Below are positions 9,421 to 17,717 of a stretch of DNA of 46,610 bases, piece after piece. The position numbers were made by a program, and so were the translations under genes. Source of the stretch: a virus. Lineage: Duplodnaviria > Caudoviricetes. Below the pieces are notes generated by a model. It made no database searches. It saw only the letters and a program-made list of their open reading frames with translations, and was not told the DNA's origin. The stretch spans positions 1 to 46,610 of the IMG/VR virus record IMGVR_UViG_3300034993_000035; one strand, 5' to 3'. The first letter of the stretch is position 1; the number at the start of each line of letters is the position of its first letter.

Positions 9421-9458
9421 GCGGGTCGCTTAACCACACCACGAGATACACGCGATGT

Positions 9459-9884
9459 CTAGGGGCTGATACGCATCCGCCACGCGGTTTCGATGGGCTC
9501 GCAGGCATGGCGACGGAAGAACCGGGCGAGCCGTGGACGGGCGACCGGTTGAATCAGCCGCGCCTCACGAATGCCACGCGCCCGACAGGCCTCCCGAAAC
9601 GCCAGCAGCAGCCGCGGGCCGGCCGCCGTGCCGCGCTTCGACGGCACGACATACCAGAGCATCTGATCGGCGTACGGTTGGCCTGAGAGCGGGTGACGCG
9701 CCAGCGCCGCTACAAAACACCCGATAGGCTGGTCTGCCTCCGCGATGAGTGCCAGCGTGTCCGTAGACAGGCTCAGCGCCTCCCACGGCACCGGGCCGGC
9801 GTCGTAGCCGCGCTCGTCCCACGCCGCCTTAGCGAAGGCTTCAAGGATGGGGCGATCAGCGTCAGTCGCGGGGCGTATAATCAC
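9459..9884 (-). CDS. GNAT-family acetyltransferase
   Basis: IIRPAT..D start; WYVVPSKRGTAAGPRLL acetyl-CoA motif A; start placed at GTG 9884. Confidence 0.8.
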   Translation of the reverse strand: MIIRPATDADRPILEAFAKAAWDERGYDAGPVPWEALSLSTDTLALIAEADQPIGCFVAALARHPLSGQPYADQMLWYVVPSKRGTAAGPRLLLAFREACRARGIREARLIQPVARPRLARFFRRHACEPIETAWRMRISP

Positions 9885-9960
9885 GGGCAACCCGGTGGTG
9901 TAACGGCGCACACTCGACACCTAGTAGTCGAGAGGACACGGCTTGCCACCGTGCGACGGT

Positions 9961-11472
9961 TCAAGCCTCCAGGTCATCCATCGTCTTCGCCTTCTGCGAC
10001 CGCCCCACCTGAAAATGCTCCGACATCTCGACGTCCGCCGGCATGTCCGGCAAGGCGCACGTGTTCGCGTAGCCGTCCCAAAGGTCCGGGCTGTAGCCCA
10101 GCCGCTTCTTCATCACTTCCTTCGGTTCGAGCAGCAGTTTCCCGCTCTTGAACGTATACGTGATGCCCGTGAACTCCCGCGGCAAACTGGAGTCATTCGG
10201 CAGCGCCCCGCCCCGCTTCACCCACTCCGCCAGCTCCCAGCCAATCTCAGACCGCTTATTGAAGAACTTCGGATCGTTCGGTTTGCCTGCGTACTCGACC
10301 GAGATGACAGACCGGCCGGCCAGCTTCAGGTTGTCAATGACCCCAGCGCCGTAGCCGCCTGTGGCGTCCACGAGCATCAGCACGTCGTCGGGATGCCGCC
10401 CCTTCGCCCACTTCTGCTGCCCGACCACCGCCCGCGCCGCTATCTCGTTCGTCGTCGCGTGCCGCATCACGATCGCCGGAAACGCCTGCAGCCCCTGCCT
10501 CGGACAGAGCGTCGTGCGATCGTCCCCGAACCGTGCCACGTCAATCCCTAGTCGCTTCTGGCTGAAGATGTACTGGTGCGGCTGGAGCGTCCGACTCATC
10601 GCCGCCGTCACATCCTCCAGGCCCAGGAGCGAATTGATACTCGCGCTCGGAAACTGTCCGAGAATGTAACTCTTGACCCACGGGTTATCCCGGCCGAATT
10701 GGTCGATTTGCGTCTGCGACTCGCAGCGCGGGCACCCGCACGGACCCTGACTGACGTGCTGAGCCGCAAACCGGGGCGAGTTCACCCAGGCGTGCGGGTC
10801 GTCCGGATCACCCGTGACCACGATGATGTTCCACTGCGGCCGGAGTTCGTTCGCCGCGGCGTGAAGCATCCCTTCCAAACTGATCGGGTTGCCCGCCTGC
10901 AGGATCTTCCCGATGTCACACCGGAGCAGCGACTGATTCGCTGCATTCAGCACCGACGGCGGGATAGCGCCTGACTCGTCAATCAGCGTGACAACGTACT
11001 TCGAGTGCAACCCGGACAGCGTGGCGCCCTGCTCGTCCGCATTCGCCGTCTTCGGCCAGGACCGGGCCGACAGAAACCATGTCGACGGGTGATCATTCGC
11101 AAAGATGCGCTCGCTGGTACAGGTGAAGGCCGCCGAGACATACGGGCTGACCGCGTGCCACTTGAGCAGCTCTTTCCAGAGATTGTCTTTCAGGTTCTTT
11201 TCCGAGATGGAGACGGCGGCGCCCTGCGGATGCTCGCGCGTCTCCCCTTGACAGCCGAGGAACCAGAGGCCGCACCACGCCAGCACGGCCGACTTGCCGG
11301 GGCCGGCGCAGGCTTGGAGACTGATGCGGCGATGCTCGGGCTTGGGCGAGGCGAACAGAAGCGCGGCCTGCTCCTGCCACGGATCTAAACTGACCTGAAA
11401 CTGCTCGTCGATGAACCGGAGAATGCCTCTGTCCTCGCGCCAATTCTTGATGCGCGCCGCAGCCGCTCTCAC
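9961..11472 (-). CDS. terL: Terminase large subunit
   Basis: Walker A ACAGPGKS, Walker B TLIDES, GNP coupling motif, RNase H-like LGIDVARFGDD, SPD near the C-terminus; GTG 11472 overlaps the terS stop (GTGA). Confidence 0.95.
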   Translation of the reverse strand: MRAAAARIKNWREDRGILRFIDEQFQVSLDPWQEQAALLFASPKPEHRRISLQACAGPGKSAVLAWCGLWFLGCQGETREHPQGAAVSISEKNLKDNLWKELLKWHAVSPYVSAAFTCTSERIFANDHPSTWFLSARSWPKTANADEQGATLSGLHSKYVVTLIDESGAIPPSVLNAANQSLLRCDIGKILQAGNPISLEGMLHAAANELRPQWNIIVVTGDPDDPHAWVNSPRFAAQHVSQGPCGCPRCESQTQIDQFGRDNPWVKSYILGQFPSASINSLLGLEDVTAAMSRTLQPHQYIFSQKRLGIDVARFGDDRTTLCPRQGLQAFPAIVMRHATTNEIAARAVVGQQKWAKGRHPDDVLMLVDATGGYGAGVIDNLKLAGRSVISVEYAGKPNDPKFFNKRSEIGWELAEWVKRGGALPNDSSLPREFTGITYTFKSGKLLLEPKEVMKKRLGYSPDLWDGYANTCALPDMPADVEMSEHFQVGRSQKAKTMDDLEA

Positions 11473-11852
11473 CCGCGGGATTCCGTGAGGATGTCTTCGA
11501 GGCTGATCCGGCCGGAATGCTTCACAGACATGGAATGCCGGCCTTCGCACTTGTTCAACTCGCCAATGGCCTTCAACCGGATATGCCAGTCGGCGCCCGC
11601 GTCTCTGGCGGCTGCTGTGGCGATGCGGTCACGCTCGTTCGCATCGGCGATAGCCGCGTCTGTGCGCTGAGCCTGAACCGCCTCAAGGGCAGCCCTGACG
11701 TTGGCTTTTGTTAACAGCCGGCTGGCCTGCGCCCGGGCATTATCTGGCTTGTAGCCAGCCGCCACAGCCGCTGCTGCCCCATTCCCGCGGCAGTCGCCCA
11801 GGTAGGCGTCGATGAACCGCCGTTCTTTCTCGCTGAGCTTCTTTGCGTGCAT
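11469..11852 (-). CDS. terS: Terminase small subunit
   Basis: LSEKERRFIDAYL...NGAAAAVAAGY...AQASRLL..ANV motif. Confidence 0.92.
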   Translation of the reverse strand: MHAKKLSEKERRFIDAYLGDCRGNGAAAAVAAGYKPDNARAQASRLLTKANVRAALEAVQAQRTDAAIADANERDRIATAAARDAGADWHIRLKAIGELNKCEGRHSMSVKHSGRISLEDILTESRG

Positions 11853-11861
11853 GGGCCTGAG

Positions 11862-12044
11862 TTATTTTACGCCTGCCGTCAACCAGCCGTCTCTCCCTCT
11901 CGGCGGATCAGCCCACGCCCGCACCTTCTCCAGAGTCTCGGCGTCTGAGGCGGCTTGCGCGAACATCTTCGGGACCGTCACCCAATCCAACAACTCGAAC
12001 GCGTCCGCAGTCTTTCGGTACTGCTCCGCCGTGTAGCGCGTCAT
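11862..12044 (-). CDS. Hypothetical protein (60 aa)
   Basis: ATG 12044 overlaps the upstream stop (ATGA). Confidence 0.6.
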   Translation of the reverse strand: MTRYTAEQYRKTADAFELLDWVTVPKMFAQAASDAETLEKVRAWADPPRGRDGWLTAGVK

Positions 12045-12397
12045 CGCTGGGCCTGTCTCTCTGCGGCGCGACTGAAATGACCGTTGTATTCCTGATCGGC
12101 GCGTTCTGGCGCATAGAAGTTCTTCGGGAACGGGCGCAACGAACAATTCCCGCGAACGCAACCCTCTCGTGCCGTCACGGCCAACGTCCAGCCGCAAATC
12201 GCGCAGCGATTGGGATCGTCCGGCGGCGCTGGCTTTGGTAGGTTCTTCTCCACCTCCGCCACGAGGAGCCGGAGCGCCTCGGCATCAGCGATGAACTCCT
12301 GAACAATCTGCGGGGCATAGTGGCGCAGCGTCGCGCTCTGCTCAAAACCGGCCGCCAGCACCTTCACCCGCTCCATCGCCTTTTGGATATTCATCAT
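12041..12397 (-). CDS. Hypothetical protein with a Cys4 motif
   Basis: GGAGG RBS; CAICG...GCVRGNC. Confidence 0.7.
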   Translation of the reverse strand: MMNIQKAMERVKVLAAGFEQSATLRHYAPQIVQEFIADAEALRLLVAEVEKNLPKPAPPDDPNRCAICGWTLAVTAREGCVRGNCSLRPFPKNFYAPERADQEYNGHFSRAAERQAQR

Positions 12398-12576
12398 CGC
12401 GTCCTCCGGGGCCGGGAGCGACGAGTCTCAATCATGGACATCCATTTGAGAACCCAATCAGGCGTCACCGTAGGGCACGCCCCCGTTTCTTTTAGAATGG
12501 ACAAGTCTCGTCGCAATAGCTCCCAACGCTTCCTGTAGTTTAGCCGCGTCACCGGCCTCGGGCGGGGCGGCTTCAC
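12394..12576 (-). CDS. Hypothetical protein
   Basis: Coupled overlaps at both ends. Confidence 0.55.
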   Translation of the reverse strand: MKPPRPRPVTRLNYRKRWELLRRDLSILKETGACPTVTPDWVLKWMSMIETRRSRPRRTR

Positions 12577-12812
12577 TTTTCACGCTCCGCAAACAGCGCG
12601 TGAAATGACTTCGGCCAGCCGCACCATGCGCATTGTGGACAACCGTCCGCATCCATCGCGCCTGCGCCGGCCGCATCATAGTCATCACAGACCGGATCGC
12701 CTGGAATCGGCTCGATGTGCTCGCCATCATCGCGAATACGATGCGGGTTTACGATGTCGTCCTCATCGGCGTTTCGCCACTCTTTGCTACCGGGGCGGGG
12801 CGGCTTAGACAT
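12573..12812 (-). CDS. Hypothetical Zn-binding protein
   Basis: GGAGGGAG RBS; C...CPQCAWCG....H. Confidence 0.65.
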   Translation of the reverse strand: MSKPPRPGSKEWRNADEDDIVNPHRIRDDGEHIEPIPGDPVCDDYDAAGAGAMDADGCPQCAWCGWPKSFHALFAEREK

Positions 12813-13275
12813 GGGGCTCTCCCTCCTGCGGCACGAGGAGGGCGCGGACCTGCTCCAGTATTTGATAGTGATCGCGTTCTTCGTCTGCGCCACTGGATAT
12901 TGTCCTGCCGTATGCTTCAATAAGCGCCAACACCTGCGCGATGCGGGCGTCCAACTGCTCGCGCTGCTCCATCGCATCTTCGCGTTCGCGTAGCCACATC
13001 TGAAAATCAGCACGGAACTGGCTGACAATTCTCTGGGGTGTTCGTGCGGCACGCGGGGTGTTCGTCAAACTCGGATTCCAGCCAATGAGTTCTGCCGCAT
13101 ACAGGTCGCGCTCCGCTTCCAGGTCCGCCACCCGCGCACGCAGGGCGGCATTCTCCGTTTGATGGCGCGTGATGCAGTTGTCCGAGCACGCCTTCTCGTC
13201 AGGCGAGTGATCGGCTGCTGCACCGCAGCGCGGGCAAGCAACGGCGTCATTCGGGATGTCTATTGCCTCACTCAT
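12805..13275 (-). CDS. Hypothetical protein (Zn ribbon plus coiled coil)
   Basis: GGAGG RBS; CPRCG...CSDNC; ENAALRARVADLEAERD. Confidence 0.7.
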   Translation of the reverse strand: MSEAIDIPNDAVACPRCGAAADHSPDEKACSDNCITRHQTENAALRARVADLEAERDLYAAELIGWNPSLTNTPRAARTPQRIVSQFRADFQMWLREREDAMEQREQLDARIAQVLALIEAYGRTISSGADEERDHYQILEQVRALLVPQEGEPHV

Positions 13276-13801
13276 GGGTCGCCTCCGGGGGCGCTGGTAG
13301 CGGCATCCAGTGGGTTGGTGCATTCTCGCCGCGCCAGCGATCGCTTCCCCATCCTCCATCGCCAGCGCACCATGCCTCACGATAGTCAGACCAGAACACG
13401 ATCTCGGTCCATCCAGATTCTCGCCAATACGCGACGATTCGCGGGGCGTTGTGTTTTGGTTCTTTTGGCGCCGTCTCAATCGGCCGCCACTGCTGCGCCC
13501 CATCCCGTTCGGCACGGGCGGCCTCCAATTCTCCGGCTTGACGAATATAGGCTTCTACGCGCTCGTCGGCCCTCGTGCGCTGAAACGCCAGATCCTTCTG
13601 TAACTGCGCCCGCTCCTGCTCGGCGGCGAGGAGCAACGCCCGTAACGTTGGCGTGTCATCGTCTACCGATTCGTCCTCGCCCATGTTCCGTTTCTCCAAC
13701 CGCTCAATCGGCAGCTTGTGCGCCTCGCACCTATACGGAATGCCGTGATCCACGCGGCACCCGCACGGTTCTTCGATAAACACCGGGCCTTGTCTACTCA
13801 T
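13268..13801 (-). CDS. DUF551-like domain protein, copy 1 (177 aa)
   Basis: C-terminal WRPIETAPK...PTHWMPLPAPP; GGAGG RBS. Confidence 0.8.
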   Translation of the reverse strand: MSRQGPVFIEEPCGCRVDHGIPYRCEAHKLPIERLEKRNMGEDESVDDDTPTLRALLLAAEQERAQLQKDLAFQRTRADERVEAYIRQAGELEAARAERDGAQQWRPIETAPKEPKHNAPRIVAYWRESGWTEIVFWSDYREAWCAGDGGWGSDRWRGENAPTHWMPLPAPPEATHE

Positions 13802-14026
13802 GGGTCGCCTCCGGGGGCGCGGGGAGCGGCATCCAGTGGGTTGGAGCATTCTCGCCGCGCCAACGATCACTCCCCCATCCTCCATCTCCAGCGCACCACG
13901 CCTCGCGATAGTCAGACCAGAACACGATCTCGGTCCATCCAGATTCTCGCCAATACGCGATGATTCGCGGGGCGTCGTGCTTGGGTTCTTTCGGCGCCGT
14001 CTCGATCTGCCGCCATTGCTGCGCCC
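13270..14026. repeat. 231-bp direct repeat (13270-13500 and 13796-14026), 17 mismatches by manual alignment
   Basis: Manual alignment, ungapped, offset 526. Confidence 0.92.
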
Positions 14027-14327
14027 GCTCCTGCAGCGCGTCTCGTTCGGCGCGGGCGGCATCGCGCTCCATCTCAGCCGCTTTGATAAAGTTTGCCTGC
14101 GCTTCGATGATGGCTCCGTCACGCGCTCGCTCCTGCTCGGCGGCGAGGAGCACAGGACGAATGGAGTAAACGAAGCTTCGGAGGCTTTCGGCCGCGATGG
14201 CTTTGTATCGCGCATCGACCACCGCGTTTGTGGTATCGAGCGTCAATGCCTCAACCGCATTAACGGCCAATGTCAGCGCCTTCTCCACCTGGGCCACGAG
14301 ACTCGCGGTAGACTGGGATTCAGCCAT
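13794..14327 (-). CDS. DUF551-like domain protein, copy 2 (177 aa)
   Basis: C-terminal WRQIETAPK...PTHWMPLPAPP; AGGAG RBS. Confidence 0.8.
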   Translation of the reverse strand: MAESQSTASLVAQVEKALTLAVNAVEALTLDTTNAVVDARYKAIAAESLRSFVYSIRPVLLAAEQERARDGAIIEAQANFIKAAEMERDAARAERDALQERAQQWRQIETAPKEPKHDAPRIIAYWRESGWTEIVFWSDYREAWCAGDGGWGSDRWRGENAPTHWMPLPAPPEATHE

Positions 14328-14330
14328 CGG

Positions 14331-14702
14331 TTATTTCTCCTGCACCCAAGACTTCAGCCACCCAAGAATCAACGCCCTGAGTGAGACGCCCTCACGCCGG
14401 GCCTTGTTCACAAGCACCGTCCACAACTCAGGCCCGACCAGTTTCGTTAACTCATCTTCCAGTTTCCGTCCACCGTGGCATCTATCGCACAGCCACTCAA
14501 TTAGCATCGGCTGCGAATGGTCAGGATGGTGAGCGATGATCGGTCGGAATCTATCTCTCTTGCGGCCGCACTGTTCGCAATGTTTCGGCCTGACGAGTTC
14601 ACCACGCCGGAGCGCCGTCCCAACTTTCGCATAGGCGCGCATCTTTCGGACGGCATGACCGCCGCGATCTGGATTACTTTCGGTTAGGATTGTGTCAGCC
14701 AT
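14331..14702 (-). CDS. HNH-like endonuclease with a C-terminal ribbon-helix-helix-like segment
   Basis: CEQCG...AHHPDHSQPMLIEWLCDRCH; then PELWTVLVNKARREGVSLRALILGWL. Confidence 0.7.
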   Translation of the reverse strand: MADTILTESNPDRGGHAVRKMRAYAKVGTALRRGELVRPKHCEQCGRKRDRFRPIIAHHPDHSQPMLIEWLCDRCHGGRKLEDELTKLVGPELWTVLVNKARREGVSLRALILGWLKSWVQEK

Positions 14703-14779
14703 GCTCAGCCGCTCCAACGGCGAAGGCCTGGTAGGGGTGCGATTGGTGAACCATTCACCGTCGCACTCCGCTAATCCTA

Positions 14780-14977
14780 TCACGATTGCTCACCCGTCAG
14801 CCGCGCCTCAGTCTGATACCGCAGCATCTTCTCCCCCCGTGACGCCGGGTTCATTTCCCTCACGAAAAAGCATTGGCTGCACTGGAGAAACCAGCGGCCG
14901 TCCCGCTTCACTCTGATCGTGTGCGGATGCCGACAGCCCACCACGAAGCGCCAGAGGCCCCAGAGAAACCGCATCAC
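14780..14977 (-). CDS. Hypothetical protein
   Basis: GCRH...QCSQC; coupled to the upstream gene. Confidence 0.6.
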   Translation of the reverse strand: MMRFLWGLWRFVVGCRHPHTIRVKRDGRWFLQCSQCFFVREMNPASRGEKMLRYQTEARLTGEQS

Positions 14978-15306
14978 ACTACAAGCCGGCCCTGAATCGA
15001 CCCGAGCGCATCGCCGATCTGATTCAGCCGCGCAATCGCTGTGTTCAGCGTGTCCACGACGTATCCGTGAGCCGCGTTCACCTCCGACGCGCCAGCGGCG
15101 GCCGTAGGGACTGGCACCATCAATACCGGCCCGAGTTGGATCTCAAGATCTTGCACGCGCTTTTCGAGTGATGTCACTACGTCCACAAGCGTTTGCAGCC
15201 GATCCTGTAGCGGCGTCACCACAGCCGGCGGCGCCGGCATACCCGCGCCGATCGAGACTCCACCAAGACGACCATTACCAGCGTATCCCTGAGTTGCTTG
15301 ATTCAT
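14974..15306 (-). CDS. Hypothetical coiled-coil protein
   Basis: AGGAG RBS; heptad pattern. Confidence 0.7.
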   Translation of the reverse strand: MNQATQGYAGNGRLGGVSIGAGMPAPPAVVTPLQDRLQTLVDVVTSLEKRVQDLEIQLGPVLMVPVPTAAAGASEVNAAHGYVVDTLNTAIARLNQIGDALGSIQGRLVV

Positions 15307-15336
15307 GTGACTGTCTCCTGTCTGTTTGTTGTTTAC

Positions 15337-16506
15337 CTACTTCGGGTTGAGCCGGCCCACACCAAGATACGGAATCCGCACCGGGGCATCCGTCACGAGC
15401 GACACAGCCGTTCCGGCTAAGTTCGCGGACGATTGGGCTGCCTCGAACGCAACCACCGCAGCAGTCTGAGCCGCCTTAGCCGCAGACTCCGCCGCCCGCG
15501 CCGCGTCCACCGCCTCGTTCACCTTCGCCACCAACGCCAGATATTGCGCTTCTGTCATGTCGCCTCCATCAGGGGGATCTACCGGGGGATCAATCGGGGG
15601 GTCAACTGTCTCGGGCGGCACGAGGCCCATCGGGGACGCCGGATCGATCTCGCCGATGGTGATGACGCCGCTGCCAGGGAACTCCGAACCCGCAATGACG
15701 AAATGCCCCTCGGGGGTCACGCGCGCTTGGAGCTGCTGGTGGCGGATGCCGTCCACGTACCAGCCGAGTTCTCGGCCCTCGGCCTCTGCGAGCTGCCACA
15801 ACGGCCGCACCATCACGCCGCGGGGATTCTGCTGCCCGCCCATGACCGCCGAGACGACGTAGAGCCCGTCGTCGGCATCGAACACTGGCCCGGCGAGCTC
15901 GCGCTCCGGCAGCAGGATGACCTGCGTGTGATTGGGCGGGTAGACGCGCGACCCGCCCGGATATTGCCCGCTCACCCAGACGCCATCGCTCAGCGTGTAG
16001 GGCTGTTCCCACCTCCCCGCCTGATCGATCTCGCGCACGATCATGTTGTCGCTGACCCGCCGAACCACGAACGGCCCGCCGCCGTCCCAGCCGCGCTTGT
16101 AGCCGTAGTGCTCGCCGCTCCAGACGACGCCGAGAAACGGCTCGGGCGTGATATCGACGCCGTTGTGCCAGATGCGCTGACCATTCGTCGAAAGCACGCG
16201 GCCGTTGATGATCGCCAGCCCCGCGTGGCCGATGGCCTGGTCCACTACGCCGAGCTTCTCCATCGTGTCAGGAAGCCCCCAGCCGTACGCCTGCGTCACT
16301 GGCGGACTGGACTTGGTCGGCTGGAACACCGCTGGCCGGTTGTCATCCAGCCAGCCGCACGGGTAGAAGGCCCCTTGCCCGTTGAGCGGCCAGGGCGTCT
16401 CGACGCCGGTCCGGAGATCGACATGCTTGACCGTCTCGTAGCCGCAGACTAACTGCGTGCCGTCACGGCTGAGCTGGAACGTGTTGCCGTTCTGAATCGT
16501 GATCAC
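15337..16506 (-). CDS. Hypothetical protein: beta-propeller-like body, Pro/Asp linker, Ala-rich helix
   Basis: AGGAGG RBS; LSRDGTQL blade-like motif; PPETVDPPIDPPVDPPD linker. Confidence 0.7.
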   Translation of the reverse strand: MITIQNGNTFQLSRDGTQLVCGYETVKHVDLRTGVETPWPLNGQGAFYPCGWLDDNRPAVFQPTKSSPPVTQAYGWGLPDTMEKLGVVDQAIGHAGLAIINGRVLSTNGQRIWHNGVDITPEPFLGVVWSGEHYGYKRGWDGGGPFVVRRVSDNMIVREIDQAGRWEQPYTLSDGVWVSGQYPGGSRVYPPNHTQVILLPERELAGPVFDADDGLYVVSAVMGGQQNPRGVMVRPLWQLAEAEGRELGWYVDGIRHQQLQARVTPEGHFVIAGSEFPGSGVITIGEIDPASPMGLVPPETVDPPIDPPVDPPDGGDMTEAQYLALVAKVNEAVDAARAAESAAKAAQTAAVVAFEAAQSSANLAGTAVSLVTDAPVRIPYLGVGRLNPK

Positions 16507-16514
16507 TTGGCCTC

Positions 16515-16733
16515 CTACGTCCCGGTCTCAAGGCGGACCGGATCGTCCGCCGGTAACTCCACGCGCCCATCAGTCTTGTGCAGGCTGCCATCCGCCCGCC
16601 GGACCACGCCAGCCTCGCACCGCTTGATCGCCTGCCGACACGCCAAACAGGCCGCCGCACCAATCGGCAACGCATTCATCGGCCGCGTCTGCACCGTCGC
16701 CGAGGACGCGCCGCAGAGACAGCACGCGCTCAC
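16515..16733 (-). CDS. Hypothetical Zn-finger protein
   Basis: CLCG...CLAC; GTGA-coupled start. Confidence 0.5.
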   Translation of the reverse strand: MSACCLCGASSATVQTRPMNALPIGAAACLACRQAIKRCEAGVVRRADGSLHKTDGRVELPADDPVRLETGT

Positions 16734-17434
16734 CGCGGATACTCCCGCACAATCTGCCCATCCAGTTCGATGCCGGTTTCTGTTTTGACTCCGGCTGACT
16801 GCTTGAAGAAGAACGCGCACTCGGCTTCGCGCGCTTCACTCCGAAGATCCCGCGCCCAAGCGTGATCCATCGGACGGAACTCCGGGCCGCTCTCGCCGCC
16901 GACGATTAACCAGTCGATGCCGCGCAGGCTAAGTGATGGCAACGGCCCGAGCAGCGGCTCTGCGCTGATGAACCGCACGGCCACCTGCACGCGGCGCAAG
17001 TCGTCGGCGCGATAAATAAATCGGTCGTTCTCGATGCTCACGCCAAGCCAGACGTTCGGATAGCCATTGCCCCAATCGGCGGGCAAGTGCGCAACGATAC
17101 GATCCGACCGCTTTGTGAGAATTTGAAACGTGAGATTCGGGCACGCCTTAACCACGGCCCACGCCTCATCGCGCCAGCCGTCCGCCGCCTCGTGAAACCA
17201 GTCCGACCATGAGCACGTAAACACGCGCCACTGGACGCCGAGCGCGGCCGCCTGCTTCTGCCACTTCAACGGATCGCCCCATGTTTTGGTGCGCGTGACG
17301 ACTTCTGGATCGCGCCCGTAGCGCAACTGGTCGCGGAACATGTAGCAATGGGCGCAGCCAGGGCTGACTTTCGTGCAGCCGCGCCACGGGTTCCAACTAC
17401 GATCAGTCCACGCGATAATGGTGGACTCACCCAT
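16730..17434 (-). CDS. DUF5131 (phage Gp37/Gp68) family protein
   Basis: IAWTD.SWNPWRGCTKVSPGCAHCY; FQILTKR; RFISAEPLLG; W.IVGGESGP. Confidence 0.92.
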   Translation of the reverse strand: MGESTIIAWTDRSWNPWRGCTKVSPGCAHCYMFRDQLRYGRDPEVVTRTKTWGDPLKWQKQAAALGVQWRVFTCSWSDWFHEAADGWRDEAWAVVKACPNLTFQILTKRSDRIVAHLPADWGNGYPNVWLGVSIENDRFIYRADDLRRVQVAVRFISAEPLLGPLPSLSLRGIDWLIVGGESGPEFRPMDHAWARDLRSEAREAECAFFFKQSAGVKTETGIELDGQIVREYPR

Positions 17435-17717
17435 TGAGCACCTCGGGCACATATCGGTATTCGCTGATCTTCACGCCGCTCGCTAGTCGCCTCACGCGGT
17501 TGTCAATACGCATTCCGAACTGCGTGCGGCAATCCGAAATGCGCGTCCTCCACGCCTGACGCCCAGCGAACTCCAGATCGATCGCTGGAATCCACTCCCC
17601 CGGCCGGGCCTTGAAGTACGCCGCCAGCTTCTCCGCGAAACTCTGCGGCACAGGCGACGTGTCCGCTATCTGGCGCAGGACCGGGGAGAACAAACCTGGG
17701 AGCACGGCGGTTTTCAC
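17427..17717 (-). CDS. Putative winged-HTH DNA-binding protein
   Basis: YFKARPGEWI...AWRTRISDCRTQFGMRIDN...EYRY. Confidence 0.6.
   Translation of the reverse strand: MKTAVLPGLFSPVLRQIADTSPVPQSFAEKLAAYFKARPGEWIPAIDLEFAGRQAWRTRISDCRTQFGMRIDNRVRRLASGVKISEYRYVPEVLNG

Noticed and set aside
11473-11550. N-terminal extension of TerL given in the ORF track
   Set aside because: It overlaps terS out of frame; GTG 11472 coupled to the terS stop is the more plausible start. Similar trimming was applied to int, cI, cro and several early genes
13270-14026. Diversity-generating retroelement TR/VR pair, tempting because the virion is BPP-1-like
   Set aside because: Mismatches are not confined to adenines of one copy (on the coding strand 9 have A in copy 1, 4 have A in copy 2, 4 are C/T). 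They are mostly synonymous, both copies are coding, and no reverse transcriptase gene is present
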